Positions 9,377 through 17,913 of a stretch of DNA of 46,702 nucleotides are shown in pieces. A program made the translations under genes and the position numbers. The notes below the pieces were generated by a model, which was not told where the DNA came from, ran no database searches, and worked only from the letters and a program-made list of their open reading frames with translations. Each line of letters starts with the position of its first letter. Position 1 is the first letter of the stretch. Origin of the DNA: a virus (taxonomy: Duplodnaviria > Heunggongvirae > Uroviricota > Caudoviricetes > Straboviridae); IMG/VR virus record IMGVR_UViG_2974557979_000001, one strand, 5' to 3'.

Positions 9377-9397
9377 AAAAAGGGCCGAAGCCCCTTT
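9377..9397 (-). terminator. intrinsic terminator with UUCG tetraloop
   Basis: GGGGC-TTCG-GCCCT followed by TTTT on the minus strand. Confidence 0.8.
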
Positions 9398-9398
9398 G

Positions 9399-9728
9399 TT
9401 AACGAAGATAAACCACATAACCGCTTTGGTCAATCGCGCGGTCTGCGTCATTGAAGATATTACCACGAATGCCTTTTGCTGGTGCTTTCCAGCTTGCAGG
9501 TTTCAGGATATTACCATCATTATCGATGAAAGCGGCAACAGAACGCTGATTGAACATTTCACCAGTTTCTTTGTTGCGAGTATCCTGAACAACGCGATGA
9601 TATTTGCGGCCTTTCTCCAGAACGAAAACAGTTTCGAAAGGAGAATCTTGGAAACGAGCGTTACGCGCTTTGTACATTGCTTCCATGAAAGGGGCTGCTT
9701 TTTCTGCGAGGATTTCGAAAGTGTTCAT
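9399..9728 (-). CDS. conserved phage hypothetical protein
   Basis: GRKYHRVV...SVAAFID..GNILKPASWKAPAK motif, recalled from many T4-like phages; own promoter and AGGAG RBS. Confidence 0.8.
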   Translation of the reverse strand: MNTFEILAEKAAPFMEAMYKARNARFQDSPFETVFVLEKGRKYHRVVQDTRNKETGEMFNQRSVAAFIDNDGNILKPASWKAPAKGIRGNIFNDADRAIDQSGYVVYLR

Positions 9729-9766
9729 GGTATATCTCCTAAAGTGTGTTTCGTTTCGATGTAAGT

Positions 9767-9795
9767 ACTATATCAAAGATGGTTATTCTATGCAA
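9767..9795 (-). promoter_or_regulatory. sigma70-type early promoter
   Basis: TTGCAT(9795-9790)-17 bp-TATAGT(9772-9767). Confidence 0.8.
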
Positions 9796-10012
9796 GGCTT
9801 TTTTCGTTATCCATCAAATATTTTAAGTGTTCTTTTAATGCAGGGAGTTCGTTCAAATGGCGTTGCTTAACTTTCTCGTACTCTTTGCGTTCCCAGTTTT
9901 CAAGATTGCTTGCCAGCGCTTCATCACAATAAGCGATCCCGCGTTCTGCATCCTGAACTTTCTGTTTCCATTGTGCAACTGCTTGTTGATAAAGAGAACC
10001 GTTAACCATCAT
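9788..10012 (-). CDS. hypothetical helical protein
   Basis: 74 aa ORF with GGGAGG RBS. Confidence 0.75.
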   Translation of the reverse strand: MMVNGSLYQQAVAQWKQKVQDAERGIAYCDEALASNLENWERKEYEKVKQRHLNELPALKEHLKYLMDNEKSLA

Positions 10013-10085
10013 AATAATTTCCTCCCTTGTTTCGATGGGGTAACTATACCAAAGCTACCCCAGAATGTTTTAACAAAAAGTGCTA

Positions 10086-10349
10086 TTAGTAGGTATCCAG
10101 TTTATACATTTTGCACCAGTTCATGAATTCTTCGAAAGTCTGAGTATTAACACGTTTTTCCTTCTTCACTTTCTTAGTGATTACAGGACGGTTAGTAAAA
10201 CGTTTTTGCATTTTCACAGTGATTGCTACTTTATCGCCCAGGTCTTCTACCTTTTCAACCAGCGCCCACTGAGAACCAATTTCAGCACCGAAAGTTAAAC
10301 CAACAATCTCACCTGCTTTAACGTGTGCTGCATATTTTACTTTAACCAT
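10086..10349 (-). CDS. hypothetical protein
   Basis: Start reassigned to ATG 10349 (MVKVKY) behind AAAGGA; 87 aa. Confidence 0.75.
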   Translation of the reverse strand: MVKVKYAAHVKAGEIVGLTFGAEIGSQWALVEKVEDLGDKVAITVKMQKRFTNRPVITKKVKKEKRVNTQTFEEFMNWCKMYKLDTY

Positions 10350-10386
10350 TTTCGTATTCCTTTCTCTGTTTCGTTTCGATGAATAC

Positions 10387-10422
10387 AAGATACCAAAAAG
10401 CCTCCCGCAATGCAAGAGGCTT
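10387..10422 (-). promoter_or_regulatory. sigma70-type promoter fused with terminator hairpin (PeSL-type cassette)
   Basis: TTGCAT(10415-10410)-17 bp-TATCTT(10392-10387); the -35 lies inside AAGCCTC...GAGGCTTTTT. Confidence 0.8.
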
Positions 10423-10437
10423 CTTTAACAAAAAGTG

Positions 10438-10740
10438 CTATTTTATTTCTTTGAGCAATTTACGGATCCCGCCGCCCTGTGTCTTATCAAAGATTTTCTT
10501 TGCATCAATAACAGAAGTGATTATGTGGTAGTTGTTCCCTTTTCCGTCAAACTCAAACTCGACCTTGTAGTCACTACGAAATTTCACAAAAACAAATTCA
10601 CCTGCAAAGTGCTTACGGAACTGTTTTTCGTTAATGTCCAACCATTCCTGTGTATCATCTAACTGATACATGCGACAAAACAGGATCGAACCCATTACAA
10701 CAACCACGACAAGGATAGCTAACGCGAATTCTGACATCAT
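10438..10740 (-). CDS. membrane-anchored hypothetical protein
   Basis: N-terminal hydrophobic helix (FALAILVVVVVMGSILF); ATGA-coupled. Confidence 0.75.
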   Translation of the reverse strand: MMSEFALAILVVVVVMGSILFCRMYQLDDTQEWLDINEKQFRKHFAGEFVFVKFRSDYKVEFEFDGKGNNYHIITSVIDAKKIFDKTQGGGIRKLLKEIK

Positions 10741-10961
10741 TTACCCCTGTTTACTGATTGACGGTGCAATGATTTAGGCACAACCGGATTTCGGTATGGT
10801 TTGACTTTATGGATCGTGGGTTCTTCCCCAACCAAATTAGGAAATTGGTTGTTCCATTCCATCGAAAATGGATAGGGCGATGACTTTAACTCTTCGATCA
10901 TACAGTTTACTAAACGGTCGCCGATTACACCCAAAGCCGCCCCAATAATCGCTATACGCAT
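10737..10961 (-). CDS. hypothetical protein
   Basis: 74 aa ORF with AGGGTGA RBS, coupled to both neighbours. Confidence 0.7.
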   Translation of the reverse strand: MRIAIIGAALGVIGDRLVNCMIEELKSSPYPFSMEWNNQFPNLVGEEPTIHKVKPYRNPVVPKSLHRQSVNRGK

Positions 10962-10964
10962 AAA

Positions 10965-11114
10965 TCACCCCTTAATTGTGTCAAGTACAGTAAACCAGTC
11001 ATGAAGCCATATCGTTGTTCTTACAGCGATATACGTTAACAAACTAATCAATGATACCGCTCCGCAAAAAGCCAGCGTAATCAACAACCGGATTTCAAAT
11101 TTAGTAAAATTCAT
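10965..11114 (-). CDS. small membrane protein
   Basis: Start reassigned to ATG 11114 behind AAGGAG; 49 aa with one TM helix. Confidence 0.7.
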   Translation of the reverse strand: MNFTKFEIRLLITLAFCGAVSLISLLTYIAVRTTIWLHDWFTVLDTIKG

Positions 11115-11137
11115 ATCAATCTCCTTTCTGAGAACCC

Positions 11138-11177
11138 AATATAACAAAAGCCCTCAACCGAAGTCAAGGGCTTTGTT
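11138..11177 (-). promoter_or_regulatory. sigma70-type promoter fused with terminator hairpin (PeSL-type cassette)
   Basis: TTGACT(11167-11162)-18 bp-TATATT(11143-11138) with extended TG; the -35 lies inside AAAGCCCT...AGGGCTTTT. Confidence 0.75.
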
Positions 11178-11459
11178 TTAAATTTTTACCAGTTTTGGCA
11201 ATCGAAGAACTATACCAGGATGGATCAGACGTGCATCCGGAATAGAATCACGGTTGATTTTGGCGATATCAGGCCAAAGTTCACCAACACCATACAGTTT
11301 CTTTGCTATAGAATATAGGCTATCACCTGGTTGCACGACATAGCGATCAGATTCAATCTTAACCAGATCCTGGTTAATGATATCATCAAAGGCTTTTGCT
11401 TTCGCTTCGTTAATCGAGTTCCCGTAGTAATGGCGATCCATAATAGTTAATGTGATCAT
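11178..11459 (-). CDS. LysM-domain protein
   Basis: YVVQPGDSLYSIAKKLYG...IAKINRDSIPDARLIHPGIVLRLP is a classic LysM signature. Confidence 0.9.
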   Translation of the reverse strand: MITLTIMDRHYYGNSINEAKAKAFDDIINQDLVKIESDRYVVQPGDSLYSIAKKLYGVGELWPDIAKINRDSIPDARLIHPGIVLRLPKLVKI

Positions 11460-12127
11460 CGTTTCTTTCCTATGCTGTTTTCGTCTGTCTCTTCTAAGGA
11501 TGGAGGTTCTTCCAGCCCCAGAGCATAACGTTTAGCATAGATTAGCATCAATGCATCTTTAGCGCAATCATGAATCGAATCATGCTGAATGAATCCATCT
11601 AACATGCCTTTACGCAGTGGACACGTGGTCACTCCGCGAGTCAGTAAACGGTTTTCAATAGCTGTACGCACATCACGGCTATTCCAGAACACGGTCGGCA
11701 TATCTTCGAACGTGTCAAGTTTCCCTGTCATAGTTCGTACAACATCGGTTAGCATAGAACGATCGAATTCAGGGCCGCGAGTATAATCGTATGACTGCCA
11801 ACGACTCACACCGTCAGCCGCTAAATCAGCAAAGAATTGTCGATGACCTTCGTACAAATCCATGTCAATATCGGAAGGGAACAAAACCCTTTGTGCTTCT
11901 TTAGATTGCTGTTTCCACCATTCGATCGTTTTTTCATCTTTGATGCGTTCTGGTTGTTTCCGGATGTCAAATTTGTACTTTCTTCCTTTAGCAATCAGTT
12001 CCTGAAAGGTAGGCGGATCATAAGGATCATCAACAAACGGAACATAGCTAAGTTCAGCTAGTTTTCCTTTTGGAAACGGGCCAATACTTTCATAATCAAA
12101 TACGAAATCTACGGGTAAATGACTCAT
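11456..12127 (-). CDS. dexA: 3'-5' exonuclease DexA
   Basis: DFVFDYES (DxE) start and HDSIHDCAKD end; located near dda as in T4. Confidence 0.9.
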   Translation of the reverse strand: MSHLPVDFVFDYESIGPFPKGKLAELSYVPFVDDPYDPPTFQELIAKGRKYKFDIRKQPERIKDEKTIEWWKQQSKEAQRVLFPSDIDMDLYEGHRQFFADLAADGVSRWQSYDYTRGPEFDRSMLTDVVRTMTGKLDTFEDMPTVFWNSRDVRTAIENRLLTRGVTTCPLRKGMLDGFIQHDSIHDCAKDALMLIYAKRYALGLEEPPSLEETDENSIGKKR

Positions 12128-12408
12128 TCGCGACCCCGCTTATACGATTCCATGAAATAGGCCAATGATAGCGCGACTTCCGGAGTAACATCAACGGATT
12201 CGATCATGCCTGGAGTTACTGCCATCATCCCGAACTGACGAAGCCCACAACGAGCAATCGATTTTTCCAGTCGGATCATGTTTTCTACAGCCTCTGTAAA
12301 ATTGTCCAGATGTTCCCAATCGTGGTAATCTTCCATTGTAGAACGATCACTTTTCAAAATCAGATCGGCAACCAATTCAGCATAAAGGCGCGGAAGGTGA
12401 ATATTCAT
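12124..12408 (-). CDS. hypothetical protein
   Basis: 94 aa ORF, ATGA-coupled to dexA. Confidence 0.75.
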   Translation of the reverse strand: MNIHLPRLYAELVADLILKSDRSTMEDYHDWEHLDNFTEAVENMIRLEKSIARCGLRQFGMMAVTPGMIESVDVTPEVALSLAYFMESYKRGRE

Positions 12409-12717
12409 TTAAAATCCCTCAAGCATGTTTTTGTTTTCACGAATGTTACGACCCATTTTCAAAGTATCAATGATCACTGCATACTCTTCAAAAGTGAATT
12501 CGATATCTTGTGAAATGTTTCCCCACGTGTAGGTCGGCCCGTTAGGACAGTATAACCCAACTTCTTTGTTTGCGTTGACAACGCAGCGCAATTTTGCAAA
12601 CAACAAATTGATATCGATAGAATTGAACCCTTCGAGATAATCAAGCCCCTCTCTACCAATACGGTCAACTTCTCGCAAAATCTTTTCTACATCTTTGACT
12701 TTAACAATAATTTTCAT
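12409..12717 (-). CDS. hypothetical protein
   Basis: 102 aa ORF with GAGG RBS. Confidence 0.75.
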   Translation of the reverse strand: MKIIVKVKDVEKILREVDRIGREGLDYLEGFNSIDINLLFAKLRCVVNANKEVGLYCPNGPTYTWGNISQDIEFTFEEYAVIIDTLKMGRNIRENKNMLEGF

Positions 12718-12726
12718 AATAACCTC

Positions 12727-12743
12727 AAAGGGCCGAAGCCCTT
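12727..12743 (-). terminator. UUCG hairpin / terminator after dda
   Basis: AAGGGC-TTCG-GCCCTTT. Confidence 0.65.
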
Positions 12744-14070
12744 AGACATAATCAACAGTGAATCGTGCGCGGGTAGTTCCTACATAAAGCAACTGCTTAC
12801 ACAATTCATAATCGGCGTATGCGTATGCATCGCGCGTATACATGTATGAATGATCATACGTGCTTCCCTGACCTTTGTGATACGTACAAACCGGAAGCGC
12901 CTTAACCGTCTGGAACTTGTTTTTGATTTGCCAGAACGAATACCAGGGGGCTTTGTATCCGGTTTCCTGTTTCATCTTCTTATACTGAAACGCGACGTAG
13001 TTCAAATAATCGCCTAAACGTTCCTGCATAACCGGATCCGCGATAACCTGAATATCCGCTTTCGTATCCTCGAACATCGATTCTGTTTTCATCAAGAAAT
13101 AATCGATTTGCACCGGATCGCATCGGTCAGCTTTGATAGTATCAGAACGCGGTATGATTTCAAGGATTTTAATTTGCTCGTTGTTGTTATAGATAACTTC
13201 AACAAACGAAACCCCATTCACACGGCCTTCTGTCACTAACGGTTCTTGCATCACAACCACTTCACCAACAATGAACGGCTGATCAGTTTTGTACAAGTGT
13301 TTGCGGATCACTGCGTTTAACTTGTCTACGTTCGCGTTAGTGTAAGCAAACATACGGTTATTGTTCAGGTCATCCGGAGTCTTAACACGGCTAAAATAAC
13401 GTCTCAGGAAGTCGCCAGCGTTTTCGTGCTTCATTACCCCCAGTTCACCATTCATGAGGGGCATTAACGGCTTACCGTCGCGTATAGCGCGTGATACCTG
13501 GATGATTGGGTTTCCTTCTGCCTGACGCATAATCTTATCCATGCGAATGACATCAAAAATTTCCTCATCAAAGAACGGTGAAAGCTCGGTGATCCCTTCG
13601 GTATTAACAGGACGGATCTGATCCTTATCACCCAATCCCAGGATCACCGCACAACTCGGAATAGTACGCTTGATGATACGGAATAGTTCTTTGTCAACCA
13701 TCGATACTTCTTCAACCACAAACACACGACATTCAGACAGATCAGCGGCCTTTTTGCCTTTTTGCTGTTCAAATACTCGTAACTCTTCGTTGGTTACGGG
13801 GCTGATTTTCAGTGCTGAGTGAATGGTCGTTGCATCCATACCTACCGCCTCAGAGAGAACGTTTTTAGCCTGGTGTGTCGGCGCTGTCAGCCAGATCCCA
13901 CTAATACCCAGTTTTTTCAATGTTTCAAACACAAATTTTACCAGAGTAGTTTTACCAACACCCGGCCCACCTGTGATAGTAGTATGGATTTTGTTTCTGA
14001 TATTTTTAATCACTCGATCATGTGCATTTTTCTGGTCTTCGCTCAGATCGTCAAAAGTTAATTCGCTCAT
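12742..14070 (-). CDS. dda: SF1B DNA helicase Dda
   Basis: GGPGVGKT Walker A, APTHQA, EEVSM, GDKDQIRPV, QAEGNPII, YVGTTRA. Confidence 0.95.
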   Translation of the reverse strand: MSELTFDDLSEDQKNAHDRVIKNIRNKIHTTITGGPGVGKTTLVKFVFETLKKLGISGIWLTAPTHQAKNVLSEAVGMDATTIHSALKISPVTNEELRVFEQQKGKKAADLSECRVFVVEEVSMVDKELFRIIKRTIPSCAVILGLGDKDQIRPVNTEGITELSPFFDEEIFDVIRMDKIMRQAEGNPIIQVSRAIRDGKPLMPLMNGELGVMKHENAGDFLRRYFSRVKTPDDLNNNRMFAYTNANVDKLNAVIRKHLYKTDQPFIVGEVVVMQEPLVTEGRVNGVSFVEVIYNNNEQIKILEIIPRSDTIKADRCDPVQIDYFLMKTESMFEDTKADIQVIADPVMQERLGDYLNYVAFQYKKMKQETGYKAPWYSFWQIKNKFQTVKALPVCTYHKGQGSTYDHSYMYTRDAYAYADYELCKQLLYVGTTRARFTVDYV

Positions 14071-14357
14071 ACTTTAATCAATACCCCTTGAATACTTGCG
14101 TGTTCAATAAACCAACGCATATCTTTCTTTTTCTTTTCGGTTACGGTTTCAACTTCTTCCTTTCGAAAGAATCGGCTAAGACCACTTTGTTTAACTGGAT
14201 TCATCTTATCATGATATTCTTTGATAATCGAATTTTTATACTCGTTAGCATCGTCCGGAGATAGAAACAACAAAGGTGTTAACTCTCCTTCCTTAATGAA
14301 GGGAATTTTAAACCCGTCTTTATCCTTACTAACGACGATATAATATTTTGTAATCAT
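14067..14357 (-). CDS. hypothetical protein (Dda.1 position)
   Basis: 96 aa ORF, ATGA-coupled to dda. Confidence 0.7.
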   Translation of the reverse strand: MITKYYIVVSKDKDGFKIPFIKEGELTPLLFLSPDDANEYKNSIIKEYHDKMNPVKQSGLSRFFRKEEVETVTEKKKKDMRWFIEHASIQGVLIKV

Positions 14358-14539
14358 TCTCGCCCCTCATAACAAACGTAGAATATTCCAACAAACCAAA
14401 ACACTGATAGTATAATCAGTAAAAGTTTTCTTTCAACGCCATTTACGTGAAACACACACCAACCGAAAAGATATGTGATCATCGCGCAAACACCATAAGA
14501 AAGAACCCCAACAGCTACTAGCGCGATGATCGGATCCAT
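14354..14539 (-). CDS. small two-TM membrane protein
   Basis: 61 aa with two hydrophobic helices; coupled on both sides. Confidence 0.7.
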   Translation of the reverse strand: MDPIIALVAVGVLSYGVCAMITYLFGWCVFHVNGVERKLLLIILSVFWFVGIFYVCYEGRE

Positions 14540-15075
14540 TAGTAGTTGTTAGCCCAACGGCGGAGGTTTTCGGCTTGTTTCAGTGCATACAGTTTGTAGA
14601 TGGTTTCCGCATCCATACCCAGCGCCAGGAATTTACACATAAAGAAATGCCACTGATCGATAAGTTCAAACAGAACTTCTAAACGATCCTCTTCACTCAG
14701 ATCCGCAAATTTAGTATTGCGCAATTCCTGGTGATTTGCTTTCCACGGTTTCCAAACACCGGATGCAGGTTTAACACCGCGAGACATTCCACCCAGAGCG
14801 GTATACAATTCGCGGGTTTCGTCGGCGATCGCGTCGTCTTGCAGTTTCAGCCAATCAAGGATTTCTCCGCAAGTTTCCAGATTATCCGGACGCGGAACCC
14901 AATGCAGGGTATCAGACAGGCTTTGCTGTGCATGGTTTTGTAAATCCAGCATGGATTGTAAAGGATCACCATTACGGGCCAGAATCTTTTGATATTCGGA
15001 ATCTACAAATTCCAGATCTTCCGGGTTAACCAGGTGCGCACATGAATTAAATACAGGAGTTTTATCAGTAGTCAT
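14539..15075 (-). CDS. 56: gp56-family dCTPase/dUTPase
   Basis: FNSCAHL, DPLQSMLDLQ, DETRELYTALGGMSRG, WKPWK and FELIDQWHF match recalled T4 gp56. Confidence 0.92.
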   Translation of the reverse strand: MTTDKTPVFNSCAHLVNPEDLEFVDSEYQKILARNGDPLQSMLDLQNHAQQSLSDTLHWVPRPDNLETCGEILDWLKLQDDAIADETRELYTALGGMSRGVKPASGVWKPWKANHQELRNTKFADLSEEDRLEVLFELIDQWHFFMCKFLALGMDAETIYKLYALKQAENLRRWANNY

Positions 15076-15082
15076 ATCAATC

Positions 15083-16108
15083 TCATTTTTTCGGTGATTT
15101 GTCCCACGACTTAAATCGAAGTTTTGCCGTGAGTCCAGAAACAGTATTATCTTTCAAATACTGCATAATTTCAAGTTTAGTTGCGCCGTCCGTTTTTATC
15201 ATTTCGTTGATATCTTTGGAAGGCCACGGGCATTTGTCCCACATTACAACCTTTTCTCCAGCCTCAATCAATTTAAAGAGGCGGTGAGTAGTATCCGGAT
15301 GACGTGCTTCATTGTCAAGAACCCAGACACGCATATTTTTATACGGAACCTCAGAAAGTGCAAGCTGTCCACCAGTGATAGCGCCAGCATTATCAACAAA
15401 CAGGCTATCTAATGGCCCCTCAAGAAGATAAACCGTTTTTAGCGGATCTATCGTATCCTGTCCGTAAATCTTAGTTGATTCCTCACAGGCTTTGATTGTG
15501 ATATATTTCGACTTAGCACCATCACGTAAAGCACGGCCCTGGAAAGATTCAATTTTACCTTTCTTATCGAAGATAGGGATCACTAATCTCGGTTCTGGTT
15601 TTGCAATCGGATAGGTATCCGGATTCACAGTATTAACCAGTTGTTGCCATTCGCGAGTAAACCACAACCGATCCCACTTGTCACGGGGGATACAACGATT
15701 CTGCACATATTTTATGATCGGATGTTCATCCGGCAAGGTATCTAACCTTTCGCAGAATTGAAGAGTAGGAATAAATTTCTTCTCTTCCTTCGGTTGTTCT
15801 GTATGCGTTGGCTTTAACGAATTGCGATCCTTAAACGATTCCATGAGATAATCACGGTAATCGTCTGGATAATATTCTTTCAGGAATACGCTAAACGGTA
15901 CACCATAACCACAGTTAAAACAACCACAATTCATATGATCACCCTTTTTAGAAGGGTAGATCCAAAATCTTTTTTTGTACTTGTCTTTCATTGAGTCGCC
16001 GCAAATAGGACAACGCGCATTGATGCTTAATGCCCCCGATTTACGAACGATTTCGCTTTGAGGCAGTGATCCCATGATTCGGGTTGCAAATTCTATATCA
16101 AGATACAT
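15083..16108 (-). CDS. 61: DNA primase gp61
   Basis: RCPICGDS...CFNC zinc finger; EGPLDSLF and DNE TOPRIM motifs; KDINEM. Confidence 0.95.
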   Translation of the reverse strand: MYLDIEFATRIMGSLPQSEIVRKSGALSINARCPICGDSMKDKYKKRFWIYPSKKGDHMNCGCFNCGYGVPFSVFLKEYYPDDYRDYLMESFKDRNSLKPTHTEQPKEEKKFIPTLQFCERLDTLPDEHPIIKYVQNRCIPRDKWDRLWFTREWQQLVNTVNPDTYPIAKPEPRLVIPIFDKKGKIESFQGRALRDGAKSKYITIKACEESTKIYGQDTIDPLKTVYLLEGPLDSLFVDNAGAITGGQLALSEVPYKNMRVWVLDNEARHPDTTHRLFKLIEAGEKVVMWDKCPWPSKDINEMIKTDGATKLEIMQYLKDNTVSGLTAKLRFKSWDKSPKK

Positions 16109-16111
16109 TTC

Positions 16112-16372
16112 TTACCTCAGTTGACTATCTTTAGATCCTCGTCGATTATACCCCGCGCTGATCATTTCGTCATGTTCTTTTTGGCATTCAATACAATAAC
16201 GGCAACCCTTCACGATAGCCCTACGTTTTTCGGGTATCGGATCCCCACAATCAAAACAATGCGTTAATGATTCTCCGTTTCTGATTTGAGAACGTGCAAA
16301 ATCTATCGCATTGTCTATTGTTGCCTGGATGGTATCTTGAACACCGTCAGCAGGGCCAAATCCAACCGCCAT
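16112..16372 (-). CDS. DksA/TraR-family C4 zinc-finger protein, YbiI-like
   Basis: CFDCGDPIPEKRR...CRYCIECQ finger; the GYNRRGSKDSQLR C-terminus matches the recalled E. coli YbiI C-terminus. Confidence 0.88.
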   Translation of the reverse strand: MAVGFGPADGVQDTIQATIDNAIDFARSQIRNGESLTHCFDCGDPIPEKRRAIVKGCRYCIECQKEHDEMISAGYNRRGSKDSQLR

Positions 16373-16402
16373 TGTAAATCCTCCTAATCAAATGATTTCA
16401 AT

Positions 16403-16431
16403 ATCATAGACTAAGAGGATTTTTCTGTCAA
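16403..16431 (-). promoter_or_regulatory. near-consensus sigma70 promoter for ybiI-like, 61 and 56
   Basis: TTGACA(16431-16426)-17 bp-TATGAT(16408-16403). Confidence 0.85.
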
Positions 16432-16646
16432 GAACTTACTTGCTTTTCTGTTCCGTCAAGCATTAACTTCCAACCACGAAATGCCTGTTTAAACGAATAA
16501 TTTATTGCAATATCAATTTTATCAGAACCTTTTCGACGATTCTGATAAACGGTCGCGTTGTCACTCATATACATGATACAAATTGGAAACCATGTATAAT
16601 CGTTAGCAGTAGCCCAGATAGTGATATTCAGCGGAGGAATTATCAT
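16428..16646 (-). CDS. hypothetical protein
   Basis: 72 aa ORF, ATGA-coupled to the upstream gene. Confidence 0.65.
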   Translation of the reverse strand: MIIPPLNITIWATANDYTWFPICIMYMSDNATVYQNRRKGSDKIDIAINYSFKQAFRGWKLMLDGTEKQVSS

Positions 16647-17131
16647 TTCTTTTTCCTTTTCCCTGCACGGGTAACGCCTAATACTTTCGGCCCGATGTTG
16701 GTTACTGCTCCAGTAGTCACACCAGAAGCAATCTTTTCTATATCGCCGCCAGAATCACCAGCGACCATATCCTCTAACATACACCCCTTATCATAATATT
16801 CTTTGAGGCGCGGAACGTTCATCATGATTTCTTCATGCTCTTGTTCTGTCAGATTGTAGCGATTGCGTAGGGTATCATATGAACTTGTTAAGTTCATAAA
16901 CCCAGTCATATACGGAACAGAATTCATTCTACGCTTGATATGGCGTACTGAACGATGAAAAGGAGAATACGCTTCTAACTCTTCTTTTGTTTTGGGGTTA
17001 CGAATTACTTCGCCTTGTCCATCAAGGATCCCCAGTTTATAAGCAGTCCATTCAGTCCAGGGCTTTTTGAGTAGCCGGATCATCCGGACGCTATATGTTA
17101 AATCCATATTTTTAACTAATTGATCACTCAT
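16643..17131 (-). CDS. conserved T4-like protein (gp61.1 family)
   Basis: IRLLKKPWTEWTAYKLGILD...YSPFHRSVR and EDMVAGDSGG...SGVTTGAVTN match recalled gp61.1-type proteins. Confidence 0.75.
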   Translation of the reverse strand: MSDQLVKNMDLTYSVRMIRLLKKPWTEWTAYKLGILDGQGEVIRNPKTKEELEAYSPFHRSVRHIKRRMNSVPYMTGFMNLTSSYDTLRNRYNLTEQEHEEIMMNVPRLKEYYDKGCMLEDMVAGDSGGDIEKIASGVTTGAVTNIGPKVLGVTRAGKRKKK

Positions 17132-17136
17132 GATTA

Positions 17137-17913
17137 TTACTCTATTGTGAAAGTGAATAAATCAGATTTGGTTTCAGGTTCAAACTCCATACAAACAACC
17201 TCGCATAGTGGTTTAACCCCTTTCCAATCCTCCAGGTAATACCCAGTATCTATACCGCATCCAGGATTCATAACGAGGCCAGTTTCATCAAGAAACTTTT
17301 TGCATTTACTTGATGTGGTGCTGTCATCTTGTCGGAAACAGTGTGTTTTCGAATACCGGAAATTTGCAGACATTTGAGGGATTATGAAAGTTCCCTGACG
17401 CGCGATCTGTGATGCACGTTCGATTACTTTATACTCAAATTCTGCCCCTGTATACTTACCCTTAAAATCAGATGTTTTGATTTTACCAAAAGGCGGATTA
17501 CTGATCGCCATATCAAACACCTGATTAAATTCAGTTGTTAAGGCGTCTCCATGCACCCAGGAGGCTTCTGGTACGATACGCTTACCTAACTCATAGTATG
17601 TGTGATTTAACTCAACACAGACGATTTCACGCGGCGTATTGTACATCATGTAATGAACCATAGCGAAAGATAACCCACCGATACCAGCACACAGGTCAAT
17701 AACACTTCCACCTGTGCAAGCATCGATTGTGAAATCGCGAGCAAGTCCAATAGGGGTAAAGAACGCCCCTAATTCAGAATTGTTTGTAAACGCGCCTTCA
17801 TGAAAGTTTTCAATAATGAACAACTTCTCTTCGTAAGTTAGCGCTTTGTCAGAGTGAACCAGATCCATTATCTGATTGTGTTTCTTGGTTTCCGCTTTCG
17901 TTAACTTTGCCAT
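17137..17913 (-). CDS. solitary amino (N6-A/N4-C) DNA methyltransferase, gamma-type motif order
   Basis: GAFFTP (motif X), DLCAGIGGL (motif I, SAM binding), ISNPPFG (motif IV). Confidence 0.85.
   Translation of the reverse strand: MAKLTKAETKKHNQIMDLVHSDKALTYEEKLFIIENFHEGAFTNNSELGAFFTPIGLARDFTIDACTGGSVIDLCAGIGGLSFAMVHYMMYNTPREIVCVELNHTYYELGKRIVPEASWVHGDALTTEFNQVFDMAISNPPFGKIKTSDFKGKYTGAEFEYKVIERASQIARQGTFIIPQMSANFRYSKTHCFRQDDSTTSSKCKKFLDETGLVMNPGCGIDTGYYLEDWKGVKPLCEVVCMEFEPETKSDLFTFTIE

Larger units (their letters stand above)
9748..10381 (-). repeat. repeated transcript leader CATCGAAAC(GAAAC), 3 copies
   Basis: Plus-strand GTTTCGTTTCGATG at 9748-9761 and 10368-10381; GTTTCGATG at 10029-10037. 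Each lies between a -10 element and an RBS. Confidence 0.85.
10069..10442. repeat. 19-bp direct repeat TTTAACAAAAAGTGCTATT (2 copies)
   Basis: Identical copies at 10069-10087 and 10424-10442, each at a gene end just upstream of a promoter. Confidence 0.9.

Noticed and set aside
9054-9764. 236-aa plus-strand ORF spanning two minus-strand genes
   Set aside because: It crosses a terminator and two well-supported genes with RBSs; no recognisable domain.
10030-10075. CCCCAT as a possible sigma32 -10, attractive given the Rki-like gene
   Set aside because: There is no TTGAAA-like -35 at 13-14 bp upstream.
12124-12717. Possible paralogy of the two ORFs between dexA and dda
   Set aside because: Only similar size and a few scattered residues; not convincing by eye.
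17137-17170. MTase C-terminal KSDLF as a host beta-clamp motif
   Set aside because: It lacks the conserved Gln of QL(S/D)LF and is too short to distinguish from chance.
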